A DNA stretch of 64,000 nt, from positions 107,041 to 171,040 of IMG/VR virus record IMGVR_UViG_3300024324_000009. The stretch is one strand, 5' to 3'. The first letter of the stretch is position 1. The number at the start of each line of letters is the position of its first letter. The notes under the pieces were generated by a model. That model made no database searches and was not told the origin of the DNA. It saw only the letters and a list, made by a program, of their open reading frames with translations. Below, piece after piece: positions 48,753 to 57,631 of this stretch. A program made the position numbers and the translations under genes. The DNA comes from a virus.

Positions 48753-49052
48753 TTAGTCAACTTTTTTATAAAGATGTGCGTTATGATGCTTTCTGTGACA
48801 GTTGCTACACAATACGACACACTTATCTATCTCTTCAATTATTCTTTCAAATTTTGTACCATTCTTTGTTGCCGTATTCATACTAAAAGACTTGGCACTT
48901 TCATCTACATGATGGAAGTCTAAAACTGCCGGATGATCTTCACCACATATAGCACATGGTATTTTATAGGAAGTTATTAAATCCTGAACTTTAGCCTTAC
49001 GTTCATTTGCTCTAGCATGAATTTTCTTCCATTCAAACTGTTGCTCCGACAT
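48753..49052 (-). CDS. HNH endonuclease-like protein (start MSEQQF)
   Basis: CAICG, LDFHH, EI.KC.VLCSNCHRKHH; AGGAG RBS before the ATG at 49052. Confidence 0.8.
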   Translation of the reverse strand: MSEQQFEWKKIHARANERKAKVQDLITSYKIPCAICGEDHPAVLDFHHVDESAKSFSMNTATKNGTKFERIIEEIDKCVVLCSNCHRKHHNAHLYKKVD

Positions 49053-49073
49053 GCCGTCTCCTAGTTGTATTAA

Positions 49074-49234
49074 TGGGTGGGGAGGATTTTCGGTATCACC
49101 TCCAACTTTCAGGGCAAGATACGTCAGTATTTCCCTAGTCGCACCACCTTCCAAACATTCAGACATTTGCCCATCATGTAAGGTCAGTGTACCTTGTGGT
49201 CTCTTGCTTGCTCCCACATTTCAGTCACCACCCA
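49074..49234 (-). ncRNA. manA-like structured RNA
   Basis: Closing stem GGGTGG/CCACCC, then GTGACTGAA, AAGGT, AGGTGGTGC, and a terminal hairpin GGAGG-TGATACCGAAAAT-CCTCC. Confidence 0.6.
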
Positions 49235-49259
49235 GTAGCACAGGAGCGACCCGCACTAC

Positions 49260-49544
49260 TTATATTGTTTCTAATTCTCTAGTTTCCTTTAAATCTAACC
49301 ATTGTAAGTCGTATACCCCACAGCAAAAGAACATCCAAATATTTAAATGTTGTTTACTCATGTGGTTTTCATCGACAAACTTAAATTCCTTTTCTATATT
49401 AATATGTATCATACTCTCATCATAATGAAAGTAACTAATTTTGTTTTTCCTGCCATCACAAACCCATTTGGTAATTGGATGGTAAATTATTTGTGCCGCT
49501 AAGTATGCTATACCTAAAACGGCACAAACTATAAATCTTTTCAT
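49260..49544 (-). CDS. Hypothetical membrane protein
   Basis: ORF track. Confidence 0.5.
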   Translation of the reverse strand: MKRFIVCAVLGIAYLAAQIIYHPITKWVCDGRKNKISYFHYDESMIHINIEKEFKFVDENHMSKQHLNIWMFFCCGVYDLQWLDLKETRELETI

Positions 49545-49870
49545 TCTTCTTCTGCTGGGTCTGGTGCAGGCAAATCAGTTGGTACAGGTGTGATGCTTAT
49601 GAGACTGCTCAGGTCACAGTTAGCACTTTCTTCCCTGTTAGGAACTGCCTTAGTCGCCAGTATCTCACCAGTAGCCTTGTCAGTTATTGTGCAAAGGTGA
49701 ACACATTGTGTGTATCCATCGTTGCCTACGTTTGCTTCTACTAATTGGTAAGTTATTGATACGTTTGCGTCTCTGTTCTGCATCATTGTCTCCTGTTTGT
49801 TAGTTGTTATATCTATTATACCGGCATCTTCTAAGTTGTCAAGTACACCATTCTTAATTTTTGTTTTCAA
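49541..49870 (-). CDS. Hypothetical protein
   Basis: ORF track. Confidence 0.45.
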   Translation of the reverse strand: MKTKIKNGVLDNLEDAGIIDITTNKQETMMQNRDANVSITYQLVEANVGNDGYTQCVHLCTITDKATGEILATKAVPNREESANCDLSSLISITPVPTDLPAPDPAEEE

Positions 49871-50336
49871 GTAAATTATACAGGATATTGGTCTGAACCC
49901 CTACATCAATAAAATCTGTGTCATTATAGACAAACCCTGCATCATTGACTACTTCTGTAATTAAATAAAATGATTCAGGAGTAAAGTAAGGGAGATTTGC
50001 CGGATCGTTTACTTCGTTACGAGCCTTAACAATCTCAAGCCTATTATACCCAGTATTATCATCCATGCCGGTGAGCCAATCTCTGGCATCATCTAAATCA
50101 AATGTACCGTCTTGAACATAAGAAGCAAATACCTCATCGTAAATATCTTGACCTGCTAATCCTGCTCTATTTATTTTAATGTTAGTCGGTGCTACTTCTG
50201 GCAATGACTCAGGTAGTTCGGGTAAGACTTGTCCCGGTCTTAGCAAAAGGATTGGTTCAGGATAAACGTGTCCTTCTGGGATAGGAGGCCCGTAAACATC
50301 TGCTGCCAATAGTCTTTTGTTTTCTAATTTTTCCAT
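49854..50336 (-). CDS. Protein with planctomycete extracellular (LEPR-XLL) N-terminal motif
   Basis: MEKLENKRLLAAD. Confidence 0.65.
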   Translation of the reverse strand: MEKLENKRLLAADVYGPPIPEGHVYPEPILLLRPGQVLPELPESLPEVAPTNIKINRAGLAGQDIYDEVFASYVQDGTFDLDDARDWLTGMDDNTGYNRLEIVKARNEVNDPANLPYFTPESFYLITEVVNDAGFVYNDTDFIDVGVQTNILYNLLENKN

Positions 50337-50412
50337 AATTTGTTTCCAATTTTTATTATAGCTTTAGCTAATAATACGCCACATGCTATTTCTAATATTC
50401 TTATTAAGTCTA

Positions 50413-51309
50413 TCACTTGTCGCTCATCCCACGACCTGCACTTGGCCCAGCAGATGGATCAAATGTCTTTTCATAATCTTCTGTAACTGCTCGACCTATC
50501 TGTGATTCCCAATCTCTGTTGAGTCTCACTTCGTCGTTCTTCTTTATTGTACCATCTAAAACTGGCGTGTCAACTCCTAATTCATTTGCTACATACTTTA
50601 GTGCCGCAATATCTTTAGGAAAGCAATGACCACCATAACCGAAATCACCGTCAGGGCCGGGAACAGTCCAGTGGGAGTTACCCAGACGTTTATCATATTT
50701 TGCATATTCAACCACCTTATCATAGTCAATATCTAATTGTTTGCATATTTGATTTAGTTCATTAGCAAAAGATACCTTGGTTGCTAAAAAACAATTAGTA
50801 GCATACTTAACCATCTCTGCTACTCTTGCCCTAGTTTTAATTACAGTGGCTTCAGGGAATGCTTTATTAAATACAGTAATTACTGCACTAACATCTTTAT
50901 CATTTACTCCTAATACAACTCTTGTTTGATTCTTATAATCTGCTACAGCATTAGCCTCAGTTAAAAACTCAGGATTAAATATAATGTTTAGGTTGGTAAA
51001 CTTAGCAGCAAATCTATCTGTGGTTCCCGGTGGAATAGTAGACTTAATTAATACTGGTATTGGTTTATCGTAAGCATTAATTAGTTCTAATGTATTTTCT
51101 AAGTTTGTTGTGTCACATTCGCCTGATGTTTTCATGGGCGTAGGCAGACATACAAAAAGCATATCCGAATGATGAACAAGATTAGGCATACTAAGTGTAC
51201 ACTTACTAGCCACTAAATCAAATGTGTGTACTTTATAATAATCTTTAAAACCTTCCTTGACGCTGTTGCCGACAAAACCTTGTCCTATTATACCTATTGT
51301 TTCAATCAT
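50413..51309 (-). CDS. UDP-glucose/GDP-mannose dehydrogenase family (no C-terminal domain)
   Basis: GIIGQGFVG, CLPTP, IKSTIPPGTT, NPEFL.E, AEMVKY..N.FLA.KVSFANE, GYGGHCFPKD. Confidence 0.9.
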   Translation of the reverse strand: MIETIGIIGQGFVGNSVKEGFKDYYKVHTFDLVASKCTLSMPNLVHHSDMLFVCLPTPMKTSGECDTTNLENTLELINAYDKPIPVLIKSTIPPGTTDRFAAKFTNLNIIFNPEFLTEANAVADYKNQTRVVLGVNDKDVSAVITVFNKAFPEATVIKTRARVAEMVKYATNCFLATKVSFANELNQICKQLDIDYDKVVEYAKYDKRLGNSHWTVPGPDGDFGYGGHCFPKDIAALKYVANELGVDTPVLDGTIKKNDEVRLNRDWESQIGRAVTEDYEKTFDPSAGPSAGRGMSDK

Positions 51310-51494
51310 ATTACTCTCTCGTCTGGTGCTTGGTCGAAAAATTCTATGTTTTGTCTGATTATTACTGGTGCTATCTCTTTCTCTAATTGTAGAATGTGTC
51401 TCTGTTGCACAAAGTTCATGACAATAGAGAGTATAAGTAGCATATATATAATATAAGTTGTTGGATGTATTTCGTAATATTTCATAATAGTATT

Positions 51495-51536
51495 AAAAAA
51501 CCACCAGCAGGAAAGGAGGTTATCCTGCTGATGGTG
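51495..51536 (-). terminator. Rho-independent terminator
   Basis: CCATCAGCAGGA...TCCTGCTGGTGG followed by a T run. Confidence 0.75.
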
Positions 51537-51544
51537 CTGCTTGA

Positions 51545-51763
51545 CTAGCGACGACTACGCTTGCCAGTACTTTCTAAACCATAACGAGTTTCACCTTTGC
51601 GACCCTTGACACGAGTCACAGAATATCCCTGCTTTCGCACCATTGGCTTGATGTCGCTGATGGTTGCCCTAAGATTGCCAACCTCAAACATTGAGTAGGC
51701 ACTGTCCTGAGACAAGGTTTTCCCTCTTGTCAAATAATTAATTACACGATCCTGCTTAGTCAT
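51545..51763 (-). CDS. Small winged-HTH protein
   Basis: Q..RVINYL..GKTL....A...F....L.A.I..; has its own promoter and terminator. Confidence 0.65.
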   Translation of the reverse strand: MTKQDRVINYLTRGKTLSQDSAYSMFEVGNLRATISDIKPMVRKQGYSVTRVKGRKGETRYGLESTGKRSRR

Positions 51764-51802
51764 AAATCAACTCCTCTGTTAAAAATTAAACTTCCTATAG
51801 CT

Positions 51803-51830
51803 ATTATACCATATAATAGTGTTTTGTCAA
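51803..51830 (-). promoter_or_regulatory. Sigma70-like promoter TTGACA-16-TATAAT
   Basis: Upstream of the HTH gene. Confidence 0.8.
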
Positions 51831-52339
51831 GTCGGCAAATGCAATTTATTGATCGGCATATTATAACAATCTGCTTTAACCCTAAAACCATTATCTCCGT
51901 CAATCTGTCCCTTTTGTAAAAACTTAGCATCTTTAAAGTATTGTTCTTTATCGTACTCTCCCAGAATCCATGCTTTACTATACTCATTGTTAGTATACAA
52001 AACCCTGACGAATATGTATTTATGACATTTCTGTCTTGTATTAAATGCCGCTACACTACATTCATAATAGTCTCTGGGTCTACTCGTACATCTCTTTGTC
52101 TTTACATCATATAAAACATTATCTTTTACAACATCATAATCATAAGTATTATTTATATTGCCTCCTATATAATCTTTAACTATGTCTTCTCCTATAATGC
52201 CTGCCAGATTTCCCTGACCAGATGTTATAGAGTTATTTAAGTGACCGATGTCATTAGCCCTATCAAGAGCATTCTCTACCATGTCGTTTGTAATATCTAT
52301 TTCAATCATCACTTTCCTCCTCCTCATCCTCATCGTCAA
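51827..52339 (-). CDS. Conserved phage protein, restriction-endonuclease-like fold
   Basis: G.IGE...YDYD......DVKTKR. Confidence 0.55.
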   Translation of the reverse strand: MTMRMRRRKVMIEIDITNDMVENALDRANDIGHLNNSITSGQGNLAGIIGEDIVKDYIGGNINNTYDYDVVKDNVLYDVKTKRCTSRPRDYYECSVAAFNTRQKCHKYIFVRVLYTNNEYSKAWILGEYDKEQYFKDAKFLQKGQIDGDNGFRVKADCYNMPINKLHLPT

Positions 52340-52886
52340 AACAATAATCTGCTAGACCTAATCCTAGTTCTTCACCAAGATGTCTGACATTTTTGTCATC
52401 GACCTTTTTCTTATACAGATGAAAGGATTCTGTCTGACTACTCCAGCATACTTCTATCATATCAGATGCCGCCATTTTAGATAACATAGACTGATAAATG
52501 TCGTCAGCTAAAATCCCAATAATCTCGTCTACAGCTGGATCAGCTATTCTAGCGTGACGTTTCTTTCCGGTCTTTTTATTTAACTTTGGCTTTTCATAAT
52601 AGTACAATACTAATTCATGAACTGCACTCAGTGTTACATATTCGTCTAACTCTTTTTCAGGCAGGTCGCAACCAAGTAGTTCGCATACAAGTGCGTTTGA
52701 CATATTTCTTATACCTTTACAGAAGTCTTTCATTCTATTTATTGTATAGTATTTAGCTTTCATATCACTTGCCTTCCTTTGCCTTGAGTTTATGAACTCT
52801 ATGTTTGGTTTTAACGTATCGACTGCCGTTGTCGGAATAGTCTTTACCCATATATATGTGACAGAAGCCGTTGCCAGACTTTCCAA
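52302..52886 (-). CDS. Hypothetical protein (likely start MKAKYY)
   Basis: ORF track. Confidence 0.5.
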   Translation of the reverse strand: MESLATASVTYIWVKTIPTTAVDTLKPNIEFINSRQRKASDMKAKYYTINRMKDFCKGIRNMSNALVCELLGCDLPEKELDEYVTLSAVHELVLYYYEKPKLNKKTGKKRHARIADPAVDEIIGILADDIYQSMLSKMAASDMIEVCWSSQTESFHLYKKKVDDKNVRHLGEELGLGLADYCFDDEDEEEESDD

Positions 52887-53172
52887 TTCCCCAAGCTAGG
52901 ATACCCTTATTGTCGATACCTATAACTTGATGCTTACCTCTGCAACCCATAGAAAGTGTATCTCCATTTTCACTTAGATAGTATGGGCCTCCACTGGTTT
53001 TAATGATGTCACCCTTTTGTAAATCTCTCCAAGGAAAATTTCTAATGATCTTAGTACTTTTTCTTTCTCTTGATACAGGCTTGAAGGAGAACGTGTGTCC
53101 ACATTCTTTACATACCTTAGTCCTTGGGCCACAAGTCGTTCCGCACTGTTCACATTTTTTTTGTCCACGCAT
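52765..53172 (-). CDS. Zn-ribbon hypothetical protein
   Basis: CEQCG...CKECG; AGGAGG RBS. Confidence 0.6.
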   Translation of the reverse strand: MRGQKKCEQCGTTCGPRTKVCKECGHTFSFKPVSRERKSTKIIRNFPWRDLQKGDIIKTSGGPYYLSENGDTLSMGCRGKHQVIGIDNKGILAWGIGKSGNGFCHIYMGKDYSDNGSRYVKTKHRVHKLKAKEGK

Positions 53173-53210
53173 AAGTATTACCTCCTAAAGTAAAAATTTG
53201 TCATACTACC

Positions 53211-53238
53211 ATTATACCAGATTAATTGTTTTTGTCAA
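53211..53238 (-). promoter_or_regulatory. Sigma70-like promoter TTGACA-16-TATAAT
   Basis: Overlaps the 3' end of the upstream gene. Confidence 0.75.
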
Positions 53239-53934
53239 GGCCACTTCTTTCCAGTTGGTTAGAGGTGCTAGCCATTGAAGTTCACCATGAGTCGCGTATC
53301 CCGGTATAGAACTGATAACATAACGATGATCCTGTCTCAATTCTGTAAACATATTAAAATCATGAGGATGAGTTTCTTTAGTCCACTTTCTAAGTATCGG
53401 TTCATCCTTCTGCAAATCTTTAACAGTACTTGCGAAGGTCATAGTAGTAGAATTTGTAATCTTCCAGTGACAACTTTTAGTTAAATAAACTTTAGAGTGT
53501 TCACCTCCATCTGATTCTATAAAAGGATTGCCTCCTTGATGTTTAGGTATGTATTTATCTATATGGTCATAGAGTGTGACATAAGGAAAGCCAAGACGAA
53601 TGCCTTGTTGCAAAACTTCCCAACTGTCATCTTTGTGTAGATAATCATTCTCTACAAAATATACATGATTTAAACTAGGTAATTCTAATGCCATGTCTAA
53701 TGCTAGATTAAAAGTTCCAGCACCATGACCTATAGAAACCTTTGTTATGTTTTCTTTGTCAACATATTTACAGATCATGTCGTATGTATCATCACACACA
53801 TTATCTGCTATCACGTTTATGGTTGACATATTAGCAAACTTTGTAACAAAGTTATTCAAACATGTTTCATTATTGATATAGTCTGGTTTTATCTTTTTAT
53901 AACCAGCGTCACTTATCCTGTAAAATACATCCAC
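53212..53934 (-). CDS. Putative glycosyltransferase (GT-A-like)
   Basis: VIADN, VYFVENDYLH, TLYDH.DKY, PGYATH. Confidence 0.65.
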   Translation of the reverse strand: MDVFYRISDAGYKKIKPDYINNETCLNNFVTKFANMSTINVIADNVCDDTYDMICKYVDKENITKVSIGHGAGTFNLALDMALELPSLNHVYFVENDYLHKDDSWEVLQQGIRLGFPYVTLYDHIDKYIPKHQGGNPFIESDGGEHSKVYLTKSCHWKITNSTTMTFASTVKDLQKDEPILRKWTKETHPHDFNMFTELRQDHRYVISSIPGYATHGELQWLAPLTNWKEVALTKTINLV

Positions 53935-54245
53935 TACATTTTCCTTGCATAAAGATAGCCACCATTAAATGTACATTCTCTTTGTAGAGCCTCAATATCA
54001 TCTATCAAATGATAGTTACTGGTTTTGCTAGGTTTGGCCCAGCTAGCTGCTTTGTGTACTCTTTGAGTCTCGATATTAACAAACGCATGTACACTTTGAC
54101 CACCTGTTGGAGATCGTCTAACGATCTTGATGTATTTGTTTCCGTGCTTAGGAATATAGGTATAGCCTTCATCGTCCTTCTTTTCCAATGCACTGATCCA
54201 TATTTCCAAACATTCACCAATAGTAAGTTTTTCAGCAGTATTCAT
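53934..54245 (-). CDS. Conserved small phage protein
   Basis: KYIKIV...SVHAFV......KAASW.KP. Confidence 0.6.
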   Translation of the reverse strand: MNTAEKLTIGECLEIWISALEKKDDEGYTYIPKHGNKYIKIVRRSPTGGQSVHAFVNIETQRVHKAASWAKPSKTSNYHLIDDIEALQRECTFNGGYLYARKM

Positions 54246-54257
54246 AAGTCCTCCAAG

Positions 54258-54524
54258 TTAAAGTTCTGATACTACCATCATACCATTGTCTCTTGCTGAG
54301 TCAAGTTTTATTTGTTCCATCAATTCTATCAATTCTGGATCGGTATACATGTCATAGATCATAGTCAGGTCTTTTTTTGACCATTGCCTTACGTCTTGAT
54401 GTTTACGATTTACTTTATAGTTTATATTGCTTTGGATACCCGGAGATAAAAAATACCCAAGTACACATAACACCAGATAAATTATAACGAAAGGTTTAAA
54501 ATTTGTCCAAGAAAAATTTCTCAT
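54258..54524 (-). CDS. Hypothetical membrane protein
   Basis: ORF track. Confidence 0.5.
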   Translation of the reverse strand: MRNFSWTNFKPFVIIYLVLCVLGYFLSPGIQSNINYKVNRKHQDVRQWSKKDLTMIYDMYTDPELIELMEQIKLDSARDNGMMVVSEL

Positions 54525-54804
54525 GATTTTGATCCATTTGTACTATTAAATTCCAACTCCACCACACCAGCACCAACATTAATAATGTTAAAAGAATTGG
54601 TGCAATCCAATAATGAAGCAATATATTAGAACGTAAATGAATATCCCAGTAATCACTGATCGCGTTGTCAATTTCTCTTTCTGAATATCCCTCATTCTTT
54701 AACACCCATCTATATTGTGTTTCATTTAATTGGTCTTCCTCGTCCCAGTATCGTCTTGCCATTATCAGCAAGCGTTCATCACTATCAATATTTCTATAAC
54801 TCAT
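54496..54804 (-). CDS. Hypothetical membrane protein
   Basis: ORF track. Confidence 0.5.
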   Translation of the reverse strand: MSYRNIDSDERLLIMARRYWDEEDQLNETQYRWVLKNEGYSEREIDNAISDYWDIHLRSNILLHYWIAPILLTLLMLVLVWWSWNLIVQMDQNHEKFFLDKF

Positions 54805-55330
54805 AGCAGCAGTCCTTCCATGTTACTTGCCGCCTACAAGTAAAGTAATTAAATTATTTACTAACCGCCTCAACGATCATCGCTAACTTGGCTTGAGCCA
54901 GTAGAGCAAATGTCTCGCTGTAATCCTCGTTATTCATTATAACAGCATCTTCCAATTCGTCAAGGTATGCTATCAAATTTTGAATATGTCCAACTACAGC
55001 AGACTTATCCCAAGTTTTTGGATCAGTTGGCATTGGCTTCTCTCTTTTCCTTTAAATCTTTATGTTTAGCGATCAAATCGTAAATCTCATTTTCTAAACT
55101 CGGCATCGGAATCTTTTTGACCTTATCTGATACTGGTGTGTCTGTCAATGGTAGTCTATTTGGTTCATTCATAATAATCTCCTTATTTAGATGCCAGTAA
55201 ATATAGTCCAATGTTTGAAAAAGCATATCCAAAATAGGCTATTCCCATGCCGGGATTACCCTTGTATACTTGTTCTATACTTACATATAAATATATAAAA
55301 CCTGTTAAGGCAATTAACCATCCACTCATA

Positions 55331-56260
55331 TTATACACCTACTCCTAGCCACTTGGCAATAGCGAAATCTTTTGCTTTTAACTCAAAGTCTACGTCGAAG
55401 TCGAGATCGTACAATGCAAAGTCTTCTTCTGCGTACTGTGCATGTTTACGAGGGTTATTGCCTTCTGCTGATTCGCTGTAGTGAAACAGAGGTCTAACGT
55501 CACCCCATGTAAGATGGCAAAACCTGAGAGCCTGATGCTCTGTCCAACCATCTGGATGGCAGGAATGGTGCAGATAGTCAAAAGTAATTGGTATTTTAGT
55601 CTTGGGATAAAAATCGGTCATAAGTTGTTTGACTGACCAGCAGTTAAGTTTGTCGTCATTTTCTATAACAAGTCTAGCCTGTACGTTGGGCTGTAGACGC
55701 TTGAAGTTGGTCATGAAACGCTCTGTGACCTCTGCATTTGTGCCGTCACGATTGTTGATGTGCATATTCATAGGAGAGTTGTAGTCCTGTGGACAACCTA
55801 TCATATCTAGGAAGTCTGCATAGAAGTTAAGTTCGCGTATGGTACGGTCTACGCTGTCTGCATTAATAGATGCTAATACATTAAACTCACTAGGATGACA
55901 TGATATGCGTACAGGATAGTCTTGTAGGGTCTGCTTGATTGCTGCTATCTCTTGTTGTATATCCTGATACTGTGGCAACTCAGATAAACTAATATCGGCA
56001 GCAGCATAAGTAATAAGAGGAAATAGATCGCTGCTGATACGATAGCACCAACTGTTGTTGTAACAGTGTAGAATTGTTTCATGTGTTACCTGCATATTAT
56101 TAAGGATACGCGAGCCTAGAATCTCTAGTGCCTCGTCGCGTGGGAGTGATGAGAAACGCTTGTAGGTCATAGTTTGAAACTTGTAACCTAGTTCTTTGAG
56201 TTCTTCTGAAATACAGCATAATCCTACGTGCATGATATTGTCTCCAAGTAAAGTAACCAT
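55331..56260 (-). CDS. uvsE: UV-damage endonuclease UvsE
   Basis: GLCCI, YRISSDLFP, SCHPSEF.VL.S, RLVIENDDK, PITFDYLHH, HYSES, E.KAKD.A. Confidence 0.93.
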   Translation of the reverse strand: MVTLLGDNIMHVGLCCISEELKELGYKFQTMTYKRFSSLPRDEALEILGSRILNNMQVTHETILHCYNNSWCYRISSDLFPLITYAAADISLSELPQYQDIQQEIAAIKQTLQDYPVRISCHPSEFNVLASINADSVDRTIRELNFYADFLDMIGCPQDYNSPMNMHINNRDGTNAEVTERFMTNFKRLQPNVQARLVIENDDKLNCWSVKQLMTDFYPKTKIPITFDYLHHSCHPDGWTEHQALRFCHLTWGDVRPLFHYSESAEGNNPRKHAQYAEEDFALYDLDFDVDFELKAKDFAIAKWLGVGV

Positions 56261-56266
56261 CCCCCT

Positions 56267-56295
56267 ATTATAAGAGAGATGGCTACCTTTGTCAA
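56267..56295 (-). promoter_or_regulatory. Sigma70-like promoter TTGACA-17-TATAAT embedded in an inverted repeat
   Basis: Upstream of uvsE. Confidence 0.7.
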
Positions 56296-56303
56296 GTGTT
56301 ATT

Positions 56304-56795
56304 TTAATAACTGTAAACAGTCCATTCAGTTTCCGTTACGTTCTTGATGTTGAGTTGTTTTGAAACGGCCTGACCAGTTTTACTTAATTTCTGTTCAAAC
56401 AATTCTGACGAATCAAACATAAGATAAGGAACACCTACTTCAACTTCGTATCCTGAGTCTCTACTACTCTCGAATGATCGAATATCATACCGAGGCAACT
56501 TCTGAAGATCAACGCCTCCACCACCTGCAAGTATGTCTATCAGCCTACGGAGATAACTGTCGTTCTCTGGATAACCTTCGTTACCGTCTAAGTCTTCCTT
56601 GAATCGTTCTGTAAACCAATCTCGACAGAAACCAGAACCTTCTACCATAAGTTTGGCTTGTTCTTCTGTACACAATTCATCATGTACTAATGTTTCTGCA
56701 ATAGTCTTACGACTTTTCTTTAGCCTGCAAGTCAGTTGTACAAACTCATCGACTGTGACTGCTAATGCTTTCTCTGTGTAAATGTCTACTCCCAT
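56304..56795 (-). CDS. Hypothetical protein
   Basis: GGAGG RBS and an upstream promoter. Confidence 0.6.
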   Translation of the reverse strand: MGVDIYTEKALAVTVDEFVQLTCRLKKSRKTIAETLVHDELCTEEQAKLMVEGSGFCRDWFTERFKEDLDGNEGYPENDSYLRRLIDILAGGGGVDLQKLPRYDIRSFESSRDSGYEVEVGVPYLMFDSSELFEQKLSKTGQAVSKQLNIKNVTETEWTVYSY

Positions 56796-56833
56796 AATAA
56801 ATCCTCCAAAGTAAAATTAAATTGTCTGACGTA

Positions 56834-56861
56834 AGTATAACTTACTTATCGTCTTTGTCAA
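56834..56861 (-). promoter_or_regulatory. Sigma70-like promoter TTGACA-16-TATACT
   Basis: Upstream of 56304..56795. Confidence 0.75.
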
Positions 56862-56989
56862 TAGGTTTCTTAAATAATTTCCAGAAACAAAGATATGAAC
56901 CTGCCCAAACAGCCATTGCAGGCAACACACTTAAAATAGCGACTAAGTTAGAATGACAACAAGGACATAGACCAAGAGCATGAAAAATA

Positions 56990-57631
56990 CTATTCAACAT
57001 AATTTAAAGCCTTTGCAATAATAGGAAAATGGTAACTAAATATTTCTTTACACCTTTCCGCTATGTCTCTATGCTCTTTCTGCGTTCCATTGCCGGAACG
57101 TAGATCAATGTAGTGAATAAATGATCTGACGCTACCGCTCATATAAAGTCTCGTAGGAGTAGCCAAAGGTAGCACAAACCTAGCACATTCTTTAGCGACA
57201 CCTTCAGCCAACATCTCATTGTATAACTTTAGTGAGTCTTTAAAATGCTGTTGAATCTTATGTGTCCATACTCTTTTAGCACCAGAACTAATATCGTCTA
57301 TACTATTCTGTCTATTTTTATTGTCTTGGCTTCTTATGTCAAACATTGGTATCTCTTCGCCTAACAGATTAGTGTCAGCATATCTCTGACTAAATTCTTG
57401 AAAAGTAAAACTTCTGTGTCTTAATATTTGTGCAGCAAGTCCTCTAGTTGTATTAATTTCTACAGTCATAAATGCTTGCTCAAAAATACTCCAATGTTGA
57501 TGATCAATACAATATTTTAGTAATTTTGCAATGTTTTCATTATCTTGATTGTTTGGGTTGGACACTCTAGCACAATAAGCGATCTGAGTTTCTGCATCTG
57601 GAGTAACATTAACGCATTCAACCTTAGCCAT
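56990..57631 (-). CDS. thyX: FAD-dependent thymidylate synthase
   Basis: ARVSNP, HWSIFE, QILRHRSFTFQEFSQRY, ECARFVLP, HYIDLR...TQKEH. Confidence 0.95.
   Translation of the reverse strand: MAKVECVNVTPDAETQIAYCARVSNPNNQDNENIAKLLKYCIDHQHWSIFEQAFMTVEINTTRGLAAQILRHRSFTFQEFSQRYADTNLLGEEIPMFDIRSQDNKNRQNSIDDISSGAKRVWTHKIQQHFKDSLKLYNEMLAEGVAKECARFVLPLATPTRLYMSGSVRSFIHYIDLRSGNGTQKEHRDIAERCKEIFSYHFPIIAKALNYVE

Noticed and set aside
49053-49217. N-terminal extension of the HNH ORF in the track
   Set aside because: It has a non-canonical start, there is a better RBS and ATG at 49052, and the region folds as RNA
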